Shown here piece after piece: positions 1-10,231 of a DNA stretch of 64,000 bases. The stretch spans positions 768,001 to 832,000 of the forward strand of contig CAVYRF010000001.1 of NCBI GenBank assembly GCA_963770895.1, read 5' to 3'. Every line of letters begins with the position of its first letter. Position 1 is the stretch's first letter. The position numbers and the translations under genes are program-made. The stretch is from an uncultured Acidobacteriota bacterium. Its GTDB lineage: Bacteria > Acidobacteriota > Thermoanaerobaculia > Multivoradales > UBA5704. The notes under the pieces are model-generated. The model worked only from the letters and a program-made list of their open reading frames with translations. It had not been told where the DNA came from and made no database searches.

Positions 1-126
1 CAGCCGCGCGTGCGCCGCCGGCGCCGCCGTGCGCGCCCCGCCCGTGGCGCCGGCCGCGGGCGCCGCGCCGCCCAGGTCCCCCGCCCCCGCTCCTGCCTCC
101 GCCCCCTCCCCCTCCCCCTCTGACAT
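1..126 (-). CDS. 5' end of an unidentified gene that runs off the window edge (MSEGEGEGAEAGAGAG...)
   Basis: ATG at 126 (minus strand), 9 bp after the bcp stop, open to the window edge; only a low-complexity N-terminus is visible. Confidence 0.4.
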   Translation of the reverse strand, partial: MSEGEGEGAEAGAGAGDLGGAAPAAGATGGARTAAPAAHARL

Positions 127-135
127 CGCGACGGC

Positions 136-615
<480 letters not shown>

Positions 616-800
616 CGCGGCTCCTTTCGGTCATCGCCGGGTGCCGCCGGCTGGCGGCGGCACCCGGCACGCGCGCCGCAGTCTACAGCAGGGTGGCCGC
701 GTCGTGTGGCAGTCGTGCAACAGCTCGCCGCGGGCGTCCCCAACGGCTTGCGTTTCTTGTTTGGCATGTCTATATTGATATTCAATAAAGGAGGTTGCTT

Positions 801-2216
801 ATGTTCGACGCTTCGCTAGTTCGTCGCCTGTCTTCGTCCCTGTCCCTGGCCGCTTTTCTGCTGCTTGTCGCCGTTGCGGCGCAGGCGCAGGTGATCGTGC
901 CCAACCTGGTGTACACCACCATCAAGCCGTGCCGCATCTTCGACACGCGATCGTCGACGGGCGGCAAGCTGATGGCCTCGACGGCGCAGACCTTCAACGT
1001 CGTCGGCAACACCACCGGCACCTACTTCACCAACCAGGGCGGCCCCAGCGGCGGCTGCGCCATTCCCGGCTTCGTCTCCTCGGTGCCGCAGGTACAGGCC
1101 ATCGCCATGAACATCACCATCGTCGCGCCCAGCCTGGCGGCCTTTCTCAACGGCTGGCCGACGGACATCACGATGCCCAGCACCTCGCTGCTCAACTTCC
1201 CGGCGGGCGGCACGGTGGCGTTTGCCAACACGGTGATCCTGGGCGTGCGCCAGGACACCCAGGGTGGCGACATCAGTCTTGAGATCAACGCCGGTAGCGT
1301 CGACGCCTTCGGCGACGTGGTCGGCTACTTCAGTGCCGACAGCGTCACGCCCACCAGCGGTGCCGGCAACGTGCTGCGGGGAGCCGGCGCCGGCAATCAG
1401 GCCTCCAGCTCGGCCACCGGCGGCGACAACGTCGGCATCGGCGTCTCCGCCCTGGGCGGGCTTACCACGGGTGAGCTGAACACCGCGGTCGGCTACCAGT
1501 CCCTCCTCGGCGGCACCACCGCCACCGACGACGTGGCCGTGGGCTACACGGCGCTCAAGACGCTGACCACCGGCAGCGTGAACACGGCGCTGGGAACAGA
1601 AGCGCTGCTCAACCTGGAGACCGGCAGCGGCAACATTGCGGTCGGCTACTTTGCGGGCAGCTCCCTGCTGACCAGTGAAAGCAACAACATCGACATCGGC
1701 AACAGTGGGGTGGTCAGCGACAGCGGCGCGATCCGCATCGGCGGCTCGGGGCAGACCTCCGCGTACATCGCCGGCATCTACGGCTCCACCAGCTCCAGCG
1801 GCGTGGCGGTCTACGTCAACAGCAACGGCCAGCTGGGCACCGCCACCTCCTCGCTGCGCTTCAAGGAAAACGTCCAGGACATGGGCGACGCCAGCGACGG
1901 CTTGCTGCAGCTGCGTCCCGTGACCTTCAACTACAAGCCGCAATACGACGACGGCTCGCACCTCCTGCAGTACGGCCTGATCGCCGAAGAGGTGGCCAAG
2001 GTCTACCCCGGACTGGTGCAGTACGACCAGGACGGCCAGCCGCTGACCGTGCGCTACCAGTTCGTCAACGCCATGCTGCTCAACGAGGTCCAGTCGCAGC
2101 ACAAGACCATCGCCGACCAGCAGACCCAGATCACCCAGCTCAAATCGCAGCTCGAAGACATCCAGAAGACCCTGCGCGCCCTGGCCCAGCCAGCCGCCGC
2201 CCACCCCGCCCAATAG
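801..2216 (+). CDS. Secreted tail-fibre/tailspike-like protein with C-terminal intramolecular chaperone (peptidase S74-like) domain
   Basis: RBS AAAGGAGG before ATG 801; signal peptide ending AQA; NTAVG/NxAxG beta-helix repeats; SSLRFKENV autocleavage motif; GLIAEEV motif; C-terminal coiled coil. Confidence 0.8.
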   Translation: MFDASLVRRLSSSLSLAAFLLLVAVAAQAQVIVPNLVYTTIKPCRIFDTRSSTGGKLMASTAQTFNVVGNTTGTYFTNQGGPSGGCAIPGFVSSVPQVQAIAMNITIVAPSLAAFLNGWPTDITMPSTSLLNFPAGGTVAFANTVILGVRQDTQGGDISLEINAGSVDAFGDVVGYFSADSVTPTSGAGNVLRGAGAGNQASSSATGGDNVGIGVSALGGLTTGELNTAVGYQSLLGGTTATDDVAVGYTALKTLTTGSVNTALGTEALLNLETGSGNIAVGYFAGSSLLTSESNNIDIGNSGVVSDSGAIRIGGSGQTSAYIAGIYGSTSSSGVAVYVNSNGQLGTATSSLRFKENVQDMGDASDGLLQLRPVTFNYKPQYDDGSHLLQYGLIAEEVAKVYPGLVQYDQDGQPLTVRYQFVNAMLLNEVQSQHKTIADQQTQITQLKSQLEDIQKTLRALAQPAAAHPAQ

Positions 2217-2279
2217 GTGCCACCCGCCGCCGCGGCGCCCTCGCGCGCCGCGGCGCCTTGCCGCCGCTACAATCGCCGT

Positions 2280-3446
2280 GTGACCACGCCGCCCCTGTCC
2301 GCCGCGCCGCTGCCGCGCGGGCCGCAAGAGCTGGCGGCGCTCCTCAAGTCGTGGGCGCTGGCGGCCGGCTTCGACCGCGCCGGCGTGGCCTCGCTCGCGC
2401 CCGCCGCCCACGGCACGGCGTTCGTGCGCTGGCTGGCGCGCGGCGACTTTGCCGGGATGGCGTACCTGGAGCGGCGGCTGGAAGCGCGGCTGCACCCCGC
2501 GACGGTCCTGGAAGGGGCGCGCAGCGCCCTGTGCGTGGCGTTGCAGTACCACCCCCTGGCCGGCCAGGGGGAGCCTGCCGGGGACCTCTGGCCGCGGGTG
2601 GCGCGCTACGCCCGCGGCAGGGACTATCACGAGGTGATGGGGGAGCGCCTGCGCGCCCTGGCCGCCCGCATCGCCGCCGCGCTGCCCGGCATCCAAAGCC
2701 GGCCCTACGTCGACACCGGCCCCGTCCTGGAGCGCGACCTGGCGGCTCGCGCCGGCCTGGGTGTGGTGGGCAAGAACACCAACCTGCTGCACCGCCAGGC
2801 GGGCTCCTGGTTCCTCCTGGGCGAGCTGTTCCTGACCGCCGACCTGTCCCCCGACGCGCCCGTCGCCGACCTCTGCGGGCACTGCACCCGCTGCCTGGAC
2901 GCCTGCCCCACGGGAGCCCTGCCGCAGCCCTACCGCCTCGACAGCCGCCGCTGCATCAGCTATTGGACCATCGAGCATCGCGGCGACCTGCCGCCCGCGG
3001 CGCGCGATCTGGTGGGCGATTGGGTCTTCGGCTGCGACGTCTGCCAGGAAGTCTGCCCCTACAACACCCGCCCCGCCGCCGCCGACCATCCCGAGCTCGG
3101 TCTGCCCCCCGAGCGCGCCGCCCTCGACCTGGTGGCCCTGCTGCGCCTCGATCGCGAATCCTACGTCGCGCGCTTCCGCGGCAGCCCCATGAAGCGCGTC
3201 AAACAGGAAGGCCTCCAGCGCAACGCCGCCGTCGCCATGGGCAACCGCCGCGACCGCCGCTACGTCCCCGCCCTGGCCGAGGCCCTGGCCCAGGACCCCT
3301 CATCCACCGTCCGCGCCCACGCCGCCTGGGCCCTGGGCCGCCTCGGCGGCCCCGCCGCCGACCAGGCCCTGGCCGCCGCCCTGCCCGGCGAAGCCGACGC
3401 GCAAGTCCGCGCCGAGATCACCGCCGCCCTGGCCGCCGCAAAGTAG
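2280..3446 (+). CDS. queG: tRNA epoxyqueuosine(34) reductase
   Basis: YARGRDYH, VDTGPVLER, CGHCTRCLDACPT and FGCDVCQEVCP Fe-S motifs; C-terminal HEAT repeat. Confidence 0.95.
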   Translation: MTTPPLSAAPLPRGPQELAALLKSWALAAGFDRAGVASLAPAAHGTAFVRWLARGDFAGMAYLERRLEARLHPATVLEGARSALCVALQYHPLAGQGEPAGDLWPRVARYARGRDYHEVMGERLRALAARIAAALPGIQSRPYVDTGPVLERDLAARAGLGVVGKNTNLLHRQAGSWFLLGELFLTADLSPDAPVADLCGHCTRCLDACPTGALPQPYRLDSRRCISYWTIEHRGDLPPAARDLVGDWVFGCDVCQEVCPYNTRPAAADHPELGLPPERAALDLVALLRLDRESYVARFRGSPMKRVKQEGLQRNAAVAMGNRRDRRYVPALAEALAQDPSSTVRAHAAWALGRLGGPAADQALAAALPGEADAQVRAEITAALAAAK

Positions 3447-3451
3447 AAAGG

Positions 3452-4027
3452 CTAGCCGCCCGCGCTCAAGGCGCGATGGAGGAGGTCGGCAACGTCGAGC
3501 TGGGCGGCCCAGGCGCGCAGGTAGGGAAGGTCGAGGCGCCCGGCCTGAGTGCGGACGATGCCCAGGACATCGGTCCACTGGCGGTCCGAGACCTCGCCGC
3601 CCAGGCGGTACCAGGCCAGCTTGCGGAGCAGGGTGTCTTCGGCGGACTTGATGGCGACCGAGCGTGGCGGATCCTCACCCAGGGAATAGGCCACGGCGCG
3701 CTGCATCTCGGCGCGGTCGAAGGCGCCGGCGCCGGACACGAAGACGTCCACCTTGAAGCCGGAGGCGCGGTGGATGAGATTGAACTGGGCGTGCCGCTCG
3801 ATGGCCCGCCGTATCGCCTCGTCGTCCAGATAAAAGTCGGCCTGGAGGCTGGCGGCGAAGGCAGCGACGTGCCCCGTCGTCAGGTCGGCCACAAGGTCCA
3901 AGTCGCGGGTCTGGCGCGGGACGCCGTGGATCGAGCTGGCGAACGAGCCGCCGACGTGGTGGCGGACCCCCAGCTTCTCCAGGACGGCGATCACTTGCAG
4001 CGGCACCGCCCAGAGCGAAACCGTCAT
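3452..4027 (-). CDS. Putative nucleotidyltransferase (polymerase-beta superfamily), candidate toxin
   Basis: GGSFASSIHG..RQTRDLD (GS..DxD) motif, KVDVF, EDTLLRKL and DRQWTD motifs. Confidence 0.7.
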   Translation of the reverse strand: MTVSLWAVPLQVIAVLEKLGVRHHVGGSFASSIHGVPRQTRDLDLVADLTTGHVAAFAASLQADFYLDDEAIRRAIERHAQFNLIHRASGFKVDVFVSGAGAFDRAEMQRAVAYSLGEDPPRSVAIKSAEDTLLRKLAWYRLGGEVSDRQWTDVLGIVRTQAGRLDLPYLRAWAAQLDVADLLHRALSAGG

Positions 4028-4410
4028 GGCTTGCGGGAGTCGTGCGGGAGAGGGCCGTAGGCCTTGGTTGCAAGCTCCTCGCCCAGCTCCAGGCCGTACA
4101 GGCGACGGCGCAGCTCGTCGGGTCCGGCTGCCGGATGGCGACCACGCAGGCCGGCAAGGGCGAGGTCGCGGGAAAGGTGGATGGCTTCGACGACCAGCTG
4201 AACCTTCCGCGCCGGAGTCATGTCGCGATAGATGGCCAGCTGCATGCGCTCGGCCGCAGGATCGGTGTCCGCCGCCAGGGTAGGGTAGGCGACCTCATGC
4301 GGCCGCGGGCGGCGGCCGGCCTCGGGTGCAGACGACAGGCGCGCACCGGGGGCGCCCGTCTCCTTTGGATCCACACCCACTGGCGCGTCAGTCGGGGAGG
4401 GCGCGGCCAT
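4024..4410 (-). CDS. Small helical protein coupled to the nucleotidyltransferase (candidate antitoxin); start uncertain
   Basis: Core DTDPAAERMQLAIYRDMTPARK...AGLRGRHP; 4-bp stop/start overlap with the downstream gene. Confidence 0.6.
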   Translation of the reverse strand: MAAPSPTDAPVGVDPKETGAPGARLSSAPEAGRRPRPHEVAYPTLAADTDPAAERMQLAIYRDMTPARKVQLVVEAIHLSRDLALAGLRGRHPAAGPDELRRRLYGLELGEELATKAYGPLPHDSRKP

Positions 4411-4579
4411 GGTGCGATCGTAGCGCAATGTCCGAGGCGTGAGCTCCCTGGCCGCGTGCGAGAGAGTGCGTCCCGCGCCCGCGCCGTCGGCCCACCTGAC
4501 GCCAGCCGGGAACTTGCCGCGGCGTGTCCGTCTCCTCTTCCTGGGAGGACTCCATCGCTGGTCCTGCCACGGAGGAACC

Positions 4580-7045
4580 ATGCGCCGGGACGACCGCCAG
4601 AGCCATTTCGACCTCATCGATGCGCTTGAAAAGGTGAAGGCAGATCTCCGGGAGCGCCTCGGCGTCGATCAAGGGTTCCCCTCACAGCTCGACGCCAGCG
4701 TGCAGGACATCGACCGGTTGATCGGGGAGGTCCAAAAGCGGCGAAGCTCCGGCCTGGGCGGCAGGGAACTGCAAGCGGAGGTGCCCGACGAGGCGGCGGG
4801 GCCGGAGCCGCCGGCGTCGATGCGCGGCAGGGGTCTGGCCGCGGAGGACATCGCCGAGCTACGGCCGCACGTGATCGATTTGAATCAGGGCTTCTTTGCC
4901 GACGACGGCGAGTTCACCACCACCGCGGCGCAGGTCGACCAGCTGTTCGACGGCCTGCGCTCCCGCGCGGCGGAGGCCAAGGCCGCGCGCAAGACGTTGA
5001 ACCTGCTCTTCTATGCCCACGGCGGCCTGGTGGACAAGGATTCCGGCCTGCACCAGGCGCTGGATCAGCGCCGATGGTGGCTCGACAACGACATCTATCC
5101 CATTTTCTTCGTCTGGGAAACCGGGCTCTGGAACACCGTGGAGCACCTGCTGGCCGGCGTGCTGCAGCGCTCGCTCGCCGCCGGCGCTCGCAGTCTGACC
5201 GACACCACGACCGATCCCCTGCTGGAGCTGCTGGCGCGGGCGGCCGGGGGACCCAAGATCTGGGGCGGCATGAAGCTCAGCGCGCTGGCCGCGTCACAAC
5301 GTGGCGCGGCGGCCGCCAACGCCCCGGCGGGAACCGCCGCCGCGGGAGAGGGGGGCGCGCACTACGTGGCGCGCCGGCTGCGCGCCTTTCTCAAGCAGGC
5401 AGCGGGCGACGTCGAGCTGCACGCCCTGGGCCATAGCGCCGGCGCGATCTTCCACTCCTACTTCATGCCGACCGTGCTCGACCTCGTTCCGGATGCGAGC
5501 TTCAAATCGCTCCATCTGCTGGCGCCGGCAATCCGGATCGACGCGTTCAAAGAGCGCCTTCTACCGCTTGTCGGCGCCGACAACCGCATCGAGCGGCTGA
5601 CGATGTACTCGATGAAAACCGATCTCGAAAAAGCGGACAACTGCGCCGGGATCTATCGCAAGTCGCTGCTCTACCTCATCTACTACGCCCTCGAGGACCA
5701 CCGCCGGACGGACCTTCTCGGACTGGAGGAGTCGGTCTGGCGCGACGCCGGCATCAAGGCTTTCTTCGGGCTCGACGGCGCCACCGACTCGCCGGCCGAC
5801 GCGATCTGGTCGCAGACTCCGCCGGGCGGCGACAGCGCATCGCGGGCAACCAGCCACGGCGGGTTTCACGACGACCGATCCACCATGGAAAGCGTGGTGC
5901 GGCGGATCCGCGCTCTGCCCGACACCGTGCCGGTGAGCCCCAACCGGCACCAGACCGACGGCGGCCGCAACCTCGATCTGCACAATGTCGGCCTGGCGTC
6001 GAAGTTCGCGGCGGCGGTCGCGGCCAGCTCGTCGGGGGTGGTCGTGCCCGGCTTTGCTCCGGGCGCGCGCCTCGCCGCCCGCGGCGTCGGGGGCCGCCGC
6101 CGCGCGCTGTGCGTCGGCATCAACGCCTATCCAGGCGTCAACGCTCTATTCGGCTGTGTCGCCGACGCGCAGCTGTGGACGCGCACCCTCCAGCTGCTGG
6201 GCTTCGAGGTGCAGACGATGGTCGACGCCACCGCCACCTACGACGGGATCAAGGCGGCGCTGTCGGGCCTGATCGCCGACAGCGCGGCCGGCGACGTCGT
6301 GGTGTTCCAATACGCCGGCCACGGCACGCAGGTGCCCGATCCCACGTCCGCGCAGACCGACGAAGCGATCGTGCCCGTCGATTTCAGCCGCGGCGCGCTG
6401 CTCCTCGACAAGGAGCTGCGGGCGATCTACGACACCACGCCGCAAGGCGTCAACCTCACCTGCTTCCTGGATTGCTGCCACTCGGGCGACCTCGACCGCG
6501 AGCTTTTCGCGGGCGCCTTGGGTCACCTGGCACGCCGCATCGTCCTCACCAAGGCGCAGATGGCGGCCTACCAGCAGTTCGCCCGCCGCCGCGGCCCCAT
6601 CGCCGCGCGCAGTCTCGCGGCGGTCCGCGGCGACCTCAAAGACGTCAGCTTCGCCGCCTGCCAGAAAGATCAGGTGGCGTACGAAAATGGCGGCCAGGGC
6701 GACTTTACCTTGCGCACCACCCGGCTGCTGCAGCACGGACTGCCGGCGGCGACCAACCGGGAGTTCTGCGATCAGATCGTCGCCGCCTTCGGCGCCGGCG
6801 CGCAGCAACTGCCGCGCCTCGACGGCGGTGCGAGCCGCTTCGCGCAGCTCCTGCTGCTACCCCTCACCGCGGCATCGGCGGCGACTCCGGCCGATGGCGG
6901 CGCTCCAGCCGCGGTTCCAGCAGCCGGCGGGGCCAGCCCTGAACCGGCGGCGCCTGCGCCCAATCGCGCCAATGGGTCCGACCGGTCGCAGGCGCTGCAC
7001 CTGCTGGCCCAACTGGCCGAGCTGCTCGCGGTAGACCGCCCGTGA
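4580..7045 (+). CDS. Alpha/beta-hydrolase + caspase-like (peptidase C14/metacaspase) fusion protein
   Basis: RBS GGAGG before ATG 4580; YAHGG oxyanion motif and GHSAG nucleophile elbow; ALCVGINAY, YAGHG and LDCCHSG caspase His-Cys dyad. Confidence 0.85.
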   Translation: MRRDDRQSHFDLIDALEKVKADLRERLGVDQGFPSQLDASVQDIDRLIGEVQKRRSSGLGGRELQAEVPDEAAGPEPPASMRGRGLAAEDIAELRPHVIDLNQGFFADDGEFTTTAAQVDQLFDGLRSRAAEAKAARKTLNLLFYAHGGLVDKDSGLHQALDQRRWWLDNDIYPIFFVWETGLWNTVEHLLAGVLQRSLAAGARSLTDTTTDPLLELLARAAGGPKIWGGMKLSALAASQRGAAAANAPAGTAAAGEGGAHYVARRLRAFLKQAAGDVELHALGHSAGAIFHSYFMPTVLDLVPDASFKSLHLLAPAIRIDAFKERLLPLVGADNRIERLTMYSMKTDLEKADNCAGIYRKSLLYLIYYALEDHRRTDLLGLEESVWRDAGIKAFFGLDGATDSPADAIWSQTPPGGDSASRATSHGGFHDDRSTMESVVRRIRALPDTVPVSPNRHQTDGGRNLDLHNVGLASKFAAAVAASSSGVVVPGFAPGARLAARGVGGRRRALCVGINAYPGVNALFGCVADAQLWTRTLQLLGFEVQTMVDATATYDGIKAALSGLIADSAAGDVVVFQYAGHGTQVPDPTSAQTDEAIVPVDFSRGALLLDKELRAIYDTTPQGVNLTCFLDCCHSGDLDRELFAGALGHLARRIVLTKAQMAAYQQFARRRGPIAARSLAAVRGDLKDVSFAACQKDQVAYENGGQGDFTLRTTRLLQHGLPAATNREFCDQIVAAFGAGAQQLPRLDGGASRFAQLLLLPLTAASAATPADGGAPAAVPAAGGASPEPAAPAPNRANGSDRSQALHLLAQLAELLAVDRP

Positions 7046-8892
7046 GGTCTCAGGCGGCGACGGGCCGCTTCGTCGTCGCGCCCTCCGTCACCCGGGCGGC
7101 GCGCAACCGCCCCTACGAGCGGCGCCCCGGCGACCCGTTGTTCCGGCCGCTGCGCATCTACACCCTCGATCCGGCTGCCTCCCTCCCGGACTGTCCGACC
7201 GCCACGCTGAAGATCCCTTACGAGCCGCTTTCCCCCGGCCCGCAGGGGTCCCGCTTCGCGGTGGTCGACGCCTTGGGAGAGCGCCGCAACCAGCCGGTCG
7301 ACCTCGACGACGTCAGGCTCGCCATGGGCGAGGGCTTCGCTCCCTCGCCTTCGCAGATTCAGTTCCACCAGCAGATGGCCTATGCAGTCTGCAGCGCGGT
7401 CCATGCCACCTTCCGCCACGCCCTGGGGCGGCCGCCCGCCTGGGGTTTCGACGAGCGACAGGACCCGCTGCACCAGGACCGCCTGGTCATCCGGCCGCAC
7501 GGCACCCACGACCGCAACGCCTATTACGACAAGGCGCGCGGCGAGCTGGTCTTCGGCTATTTCGCGGCCGATCCCCAGGTGCTGGGCAACAACCTGCCGC
7601 GTGGCACGATCTTCACCTGCCTTTCGCACGACATCGTCGTCCACGAGCTGACCCATGCGCTGCTCGACGGCCTGCGCTGCGAGTTCCACCGCCCGACGGG
7701 CGCCGACGTGCTCGCCTTCCACGAAGCGTTCGCCGACCTCGTGGCGTTCTTCCAGCGCTTCAGCTACCGGGAGGTGGTCGTCGCGGCGCTCAAGGCGAGC
7801 CACGGCAGCTTGCCGCAGGCGCCGCGGCTCATCGACCTGGCGGCGCAGTTCGCGCAGACGATCGGCGCCGGCCAGACGTTGCGCCGCGCCCTGCAACCGG
7901 AGCTCACCGAGGCCGACCTCACGCGCATGCACAACGATTCCGACCCCCACGTCCGCGGCTCGCTCCTGGTCGGCGCCGTGGTCGACGCCTTCGATCGCAT
8001 CTATCGCAAGAAAATCGACGTCTACCTGCGCCTGGCGACGAACGGCACCGGCGTCCTGCCGCACGGCGACCTCAGCACGGATCTGCTGGCGGCCCTGGCG
8101 GAGGAGATCTGCCAGCTGGCCTCCCAATTCCTCAGCATCCTGGTGCGAGCGATCGACTACTGCCCGCCGGTCGACATCCAATTCGGCGAGTACCTGCGCG
8201 CGCTGATCACCGCCGATTACGCCCTGGTTCCCGACGATCCCTGGGGCTACCGTGAAGCCTTGATCCAATCGTTTCGCCGCCGCCTCATCTATCCGCCGGA
8301 CGTCGACGACCTGGCGGAGGATTCGCTGCTCTGGCGTCCGCCACCGCGGCCGATCGGCTGCAAGGACCTGAGCTTTTCGATCCTGCACTTCCATGGCGAC
8401 CCGTCGAACGCGGCCGATGCCGGCGAACTGCATCGGCAAGCCGACGCCCTGGGCAACCTGGTCACCGATCCCGCCAACCTGGACCTGTTCGGCCTGGTCG
8501 CGGCCGGCGACATGGGCGCCGACCCGCCGTGCGTGCAGACCATCCGTTCCACCCGCCGCGGCGGCCCCGACGGCCAAGTGGTCTTCGACCTGGTCGCCGA
8601 GGTCACCCAGCGCCGCACGGGGCGCGCCGCCGATGGTCTGGCCTTCGACTATTACGGCGGCGCCACGATCATCTTCGGGCCCAGCGGCGACGTCCGCTAC
8701 GCCATCCTCAAGCGCGTCGATCACCAGCAGCGCGAAGCCACCGTCGGCAGCTACGTCGCCGGCGACGGCAAGAGCCAGTGGCAGCGCGCCGGCGGCCGCT
8801 GGGCGCCGCTGCCCGACCCCTTCCGGCGCCTGCACGAAGGCCGCTTTCAGCCAGCCACCGCCGACAGCCATCCGGAGTCAGCACGCGTCTGA
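7042..8892 (+). CDS. Gluzincin (M4/M36-like) zinc metallopeptidase with no signal peptide
   Basis: NAYY, HELTH (HExxH) and AFHEAFAD third-ligand motif; start overlaps the caspase stop codon. Confidence 0.8.
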   Translation: MRSQAATGRFVVAPSVTRAARNRPYERRPGDPLFRPLRIYTLDPAASLPDCPTATLKIPYEPLSPGPQGSRFAVVDALGERRNQPVDLDDVRLAMGEGFAPSPSQIQFHQQMAYAVCSAVHATFRHALGRPPAWGFDERQDPLHQDRLVIRPHGTHDRNAYYDKARGELVFGYFAADPQVLGNNLPRGTIFTCLSHDIVVHELTHALLDGLRCEFHRPTGADVLAFHEAFADLVAFFQRFSYREVVVAALKASHGSLPQAPRLIDLAAQFAQTIGAGQTLRRALQPELTEADLTRMHNDSDPHVRGSLLVGAVVDAFDRIYRKKIDVYLRLATNGTGVLPHGDLSTDLLAALAEEICQLASQFLSILVRAIDYCPPVDIQFGEYLRALITADYALVPDDPWGYREALIQSFRRRLIYPPDVDDLAEDSLLWRPPPRPIGCKDLSFSILHFHGDPSNAADAGELHRQADALGNLVTDPANLDLFGLVAAGDMGADPPCVQTIRSTRRGGPDGQVVFDLVAEVTQRRTGRAADGLAFDYYGGATIIFGPSGDVRYAILKRVDHQQREATVGSYVAGDGKSQWQRAGGRWAPLPDPFRRLHEGRFQPATADSHPESARV

Positions 8893-9006
8893 GCCTGGGC
8901 CGCTCGCTGCGATCGGGCTGAGGGGATTGCAGCGGCCGCTTCGTTGTCATGGCTGCGGCACGACTGTGGTGCGATCACGCCCCAGCCAGACAAAGAGAGC
9001 CCCCAT

Positions 9007-9942
9007 ATGCCTGAAAAGACCGTCGGTCCTTACAAAGTGCGCACCTATCCCGTTCCTCCCACCGGCTTCGACCCCTTCTCGGCCACGGCAGCCGACCTGC
9101 AGCGTCACGGCTTGCCGCGGCGCCCGGATGCGGAGACAGAGGCGCAAGCCTCCCTGACCTGGATGAAAGCCATGCATCATTACCGGGATCGCAAGTTCAC
9201 CCACGTCGTCCCGGAGTTCAAGGAGCATCCGGAGCGCGTCCACGGCCCCAACCAGCGGACCGCGGAGGCCAGCCGGGGTCTGATGGACGCCACCTCCTCC
9301 AATTGGTCGGGGGCGGTGGCTTTCGTCAACCCGGCGAAAGATCCCTTCGTCTGGATCACCGGAGAGTGGACGGTCCCCAATGCCTACAGTCCGACTCCCG
9401 GCAACGGTGAGACGTACTACCTGTCGGCCTGGCTCGGCATCGACGGGGATGGCTCCCCGGACGTTCTCCAGGCCGGTACCGCGACGCAGGTTACCGGCGC
9501 GTCCAAGGCCGTCTGCTACGCCTGGATGGAGTGGTATCCGCAATTTGAAGTCGAGATCTCCAACTTTCCGTTCGCTCCGGGAGACAGCGCCAGCCTGCTG
9601 ATCTGTTCGACGGGACCCACGACGGCCTCGTTCACCTTCACCAATCTCACCTCGCTCCTGGTCACCAGCTTCAAGCTCACCGCGCCCGCCGGCACGACCC
9701 TGATCGGCAACTGCGCCGAGGCCGTGCTCGAGCGCCCAGGAGTGGGCGGCAAGCTGGCGGAGCTGCCGCGCTACGGCGAAAATCTCTTCAACTCGGTGTC
9801 GGCCCACACCAAGTCGGCCGCCTCGTACACCATCGGCAACGCGACGCTCATCAGCATGCTTGCCGACAACGGAACCACCATCATCTCGACGCCTTCAACC
9901 CTGGATTCGGACTCGATTCGCATGCAGTACACCGGCCCCTAG
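9007..9942 (+). CDS. Glutamic endopeptidase, family G1 (scytalidoglutamic peptidase-like)
   Basis: PPxGFDP..GLPxRP propeptide, SSNWSG, SAWLGIDG, LQAG (catalytic Q), AWMEWYP and AEAVLERP (catalytic E). Confidence 0.88.
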   Translation: MPEKTVGPYKVRTYPVPPTGFDPFSATAADLQRHGLPRRPDAETEAQASLTWMKAMHHYRDRKFTHVVPEFKEHPERVHGPNQRTAEASRGLMDATSSNWSGAVAFVNPAKDPFVWITGEWTVPNAYSPTPGNGETYYLSAWLGIDGDGSPDVLQAGTATQVTGASKAVCYAWMEWYPQFEVEISNFPFAPGDSASLLICSTGPTTASFTFTNLTSLLVTSFKLTAPAGTTLIGNCAEAVLERPGVGGKLAELPRYGENLFNSVSAHTKSAASYTIGNATLISMLADNGTTIISTPSTLDSDSIRMQYTGP

Positions 9943-10231
9943 ACTAGCGTTTCATGCATCCGTTTTCCCGACGCCACAGACCCTCGCGTCGCGGCTCGCC
10001 GAACCGGTGCGGCGGGTCGCGGCGCGGGAAGCTGGCCGCGGGGCTCGCATTTCGCGGACCGGCCGGCGCGCCGGCCGCCGCGCACCGTCGCAGCCGGACC
10101 TGGTTTTGCCCGCCGAACTGCGCCGCCTCACCTGCAAACCACACTGTGGCTCCCACCGGGGCAGCGGGCGCACCCTCCCTGTCGTGGGCATCAGATCGTC
10201 TGGTGCCACGCGACCCATAGGAGGTGGGAGC

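Noticed and set aside
801-2216. Prophage inferred from the tail-fibre-like gene
   Set aside because: No integrase, capsid, terminase or other phage genes nearby, and the protein has a signal peptide
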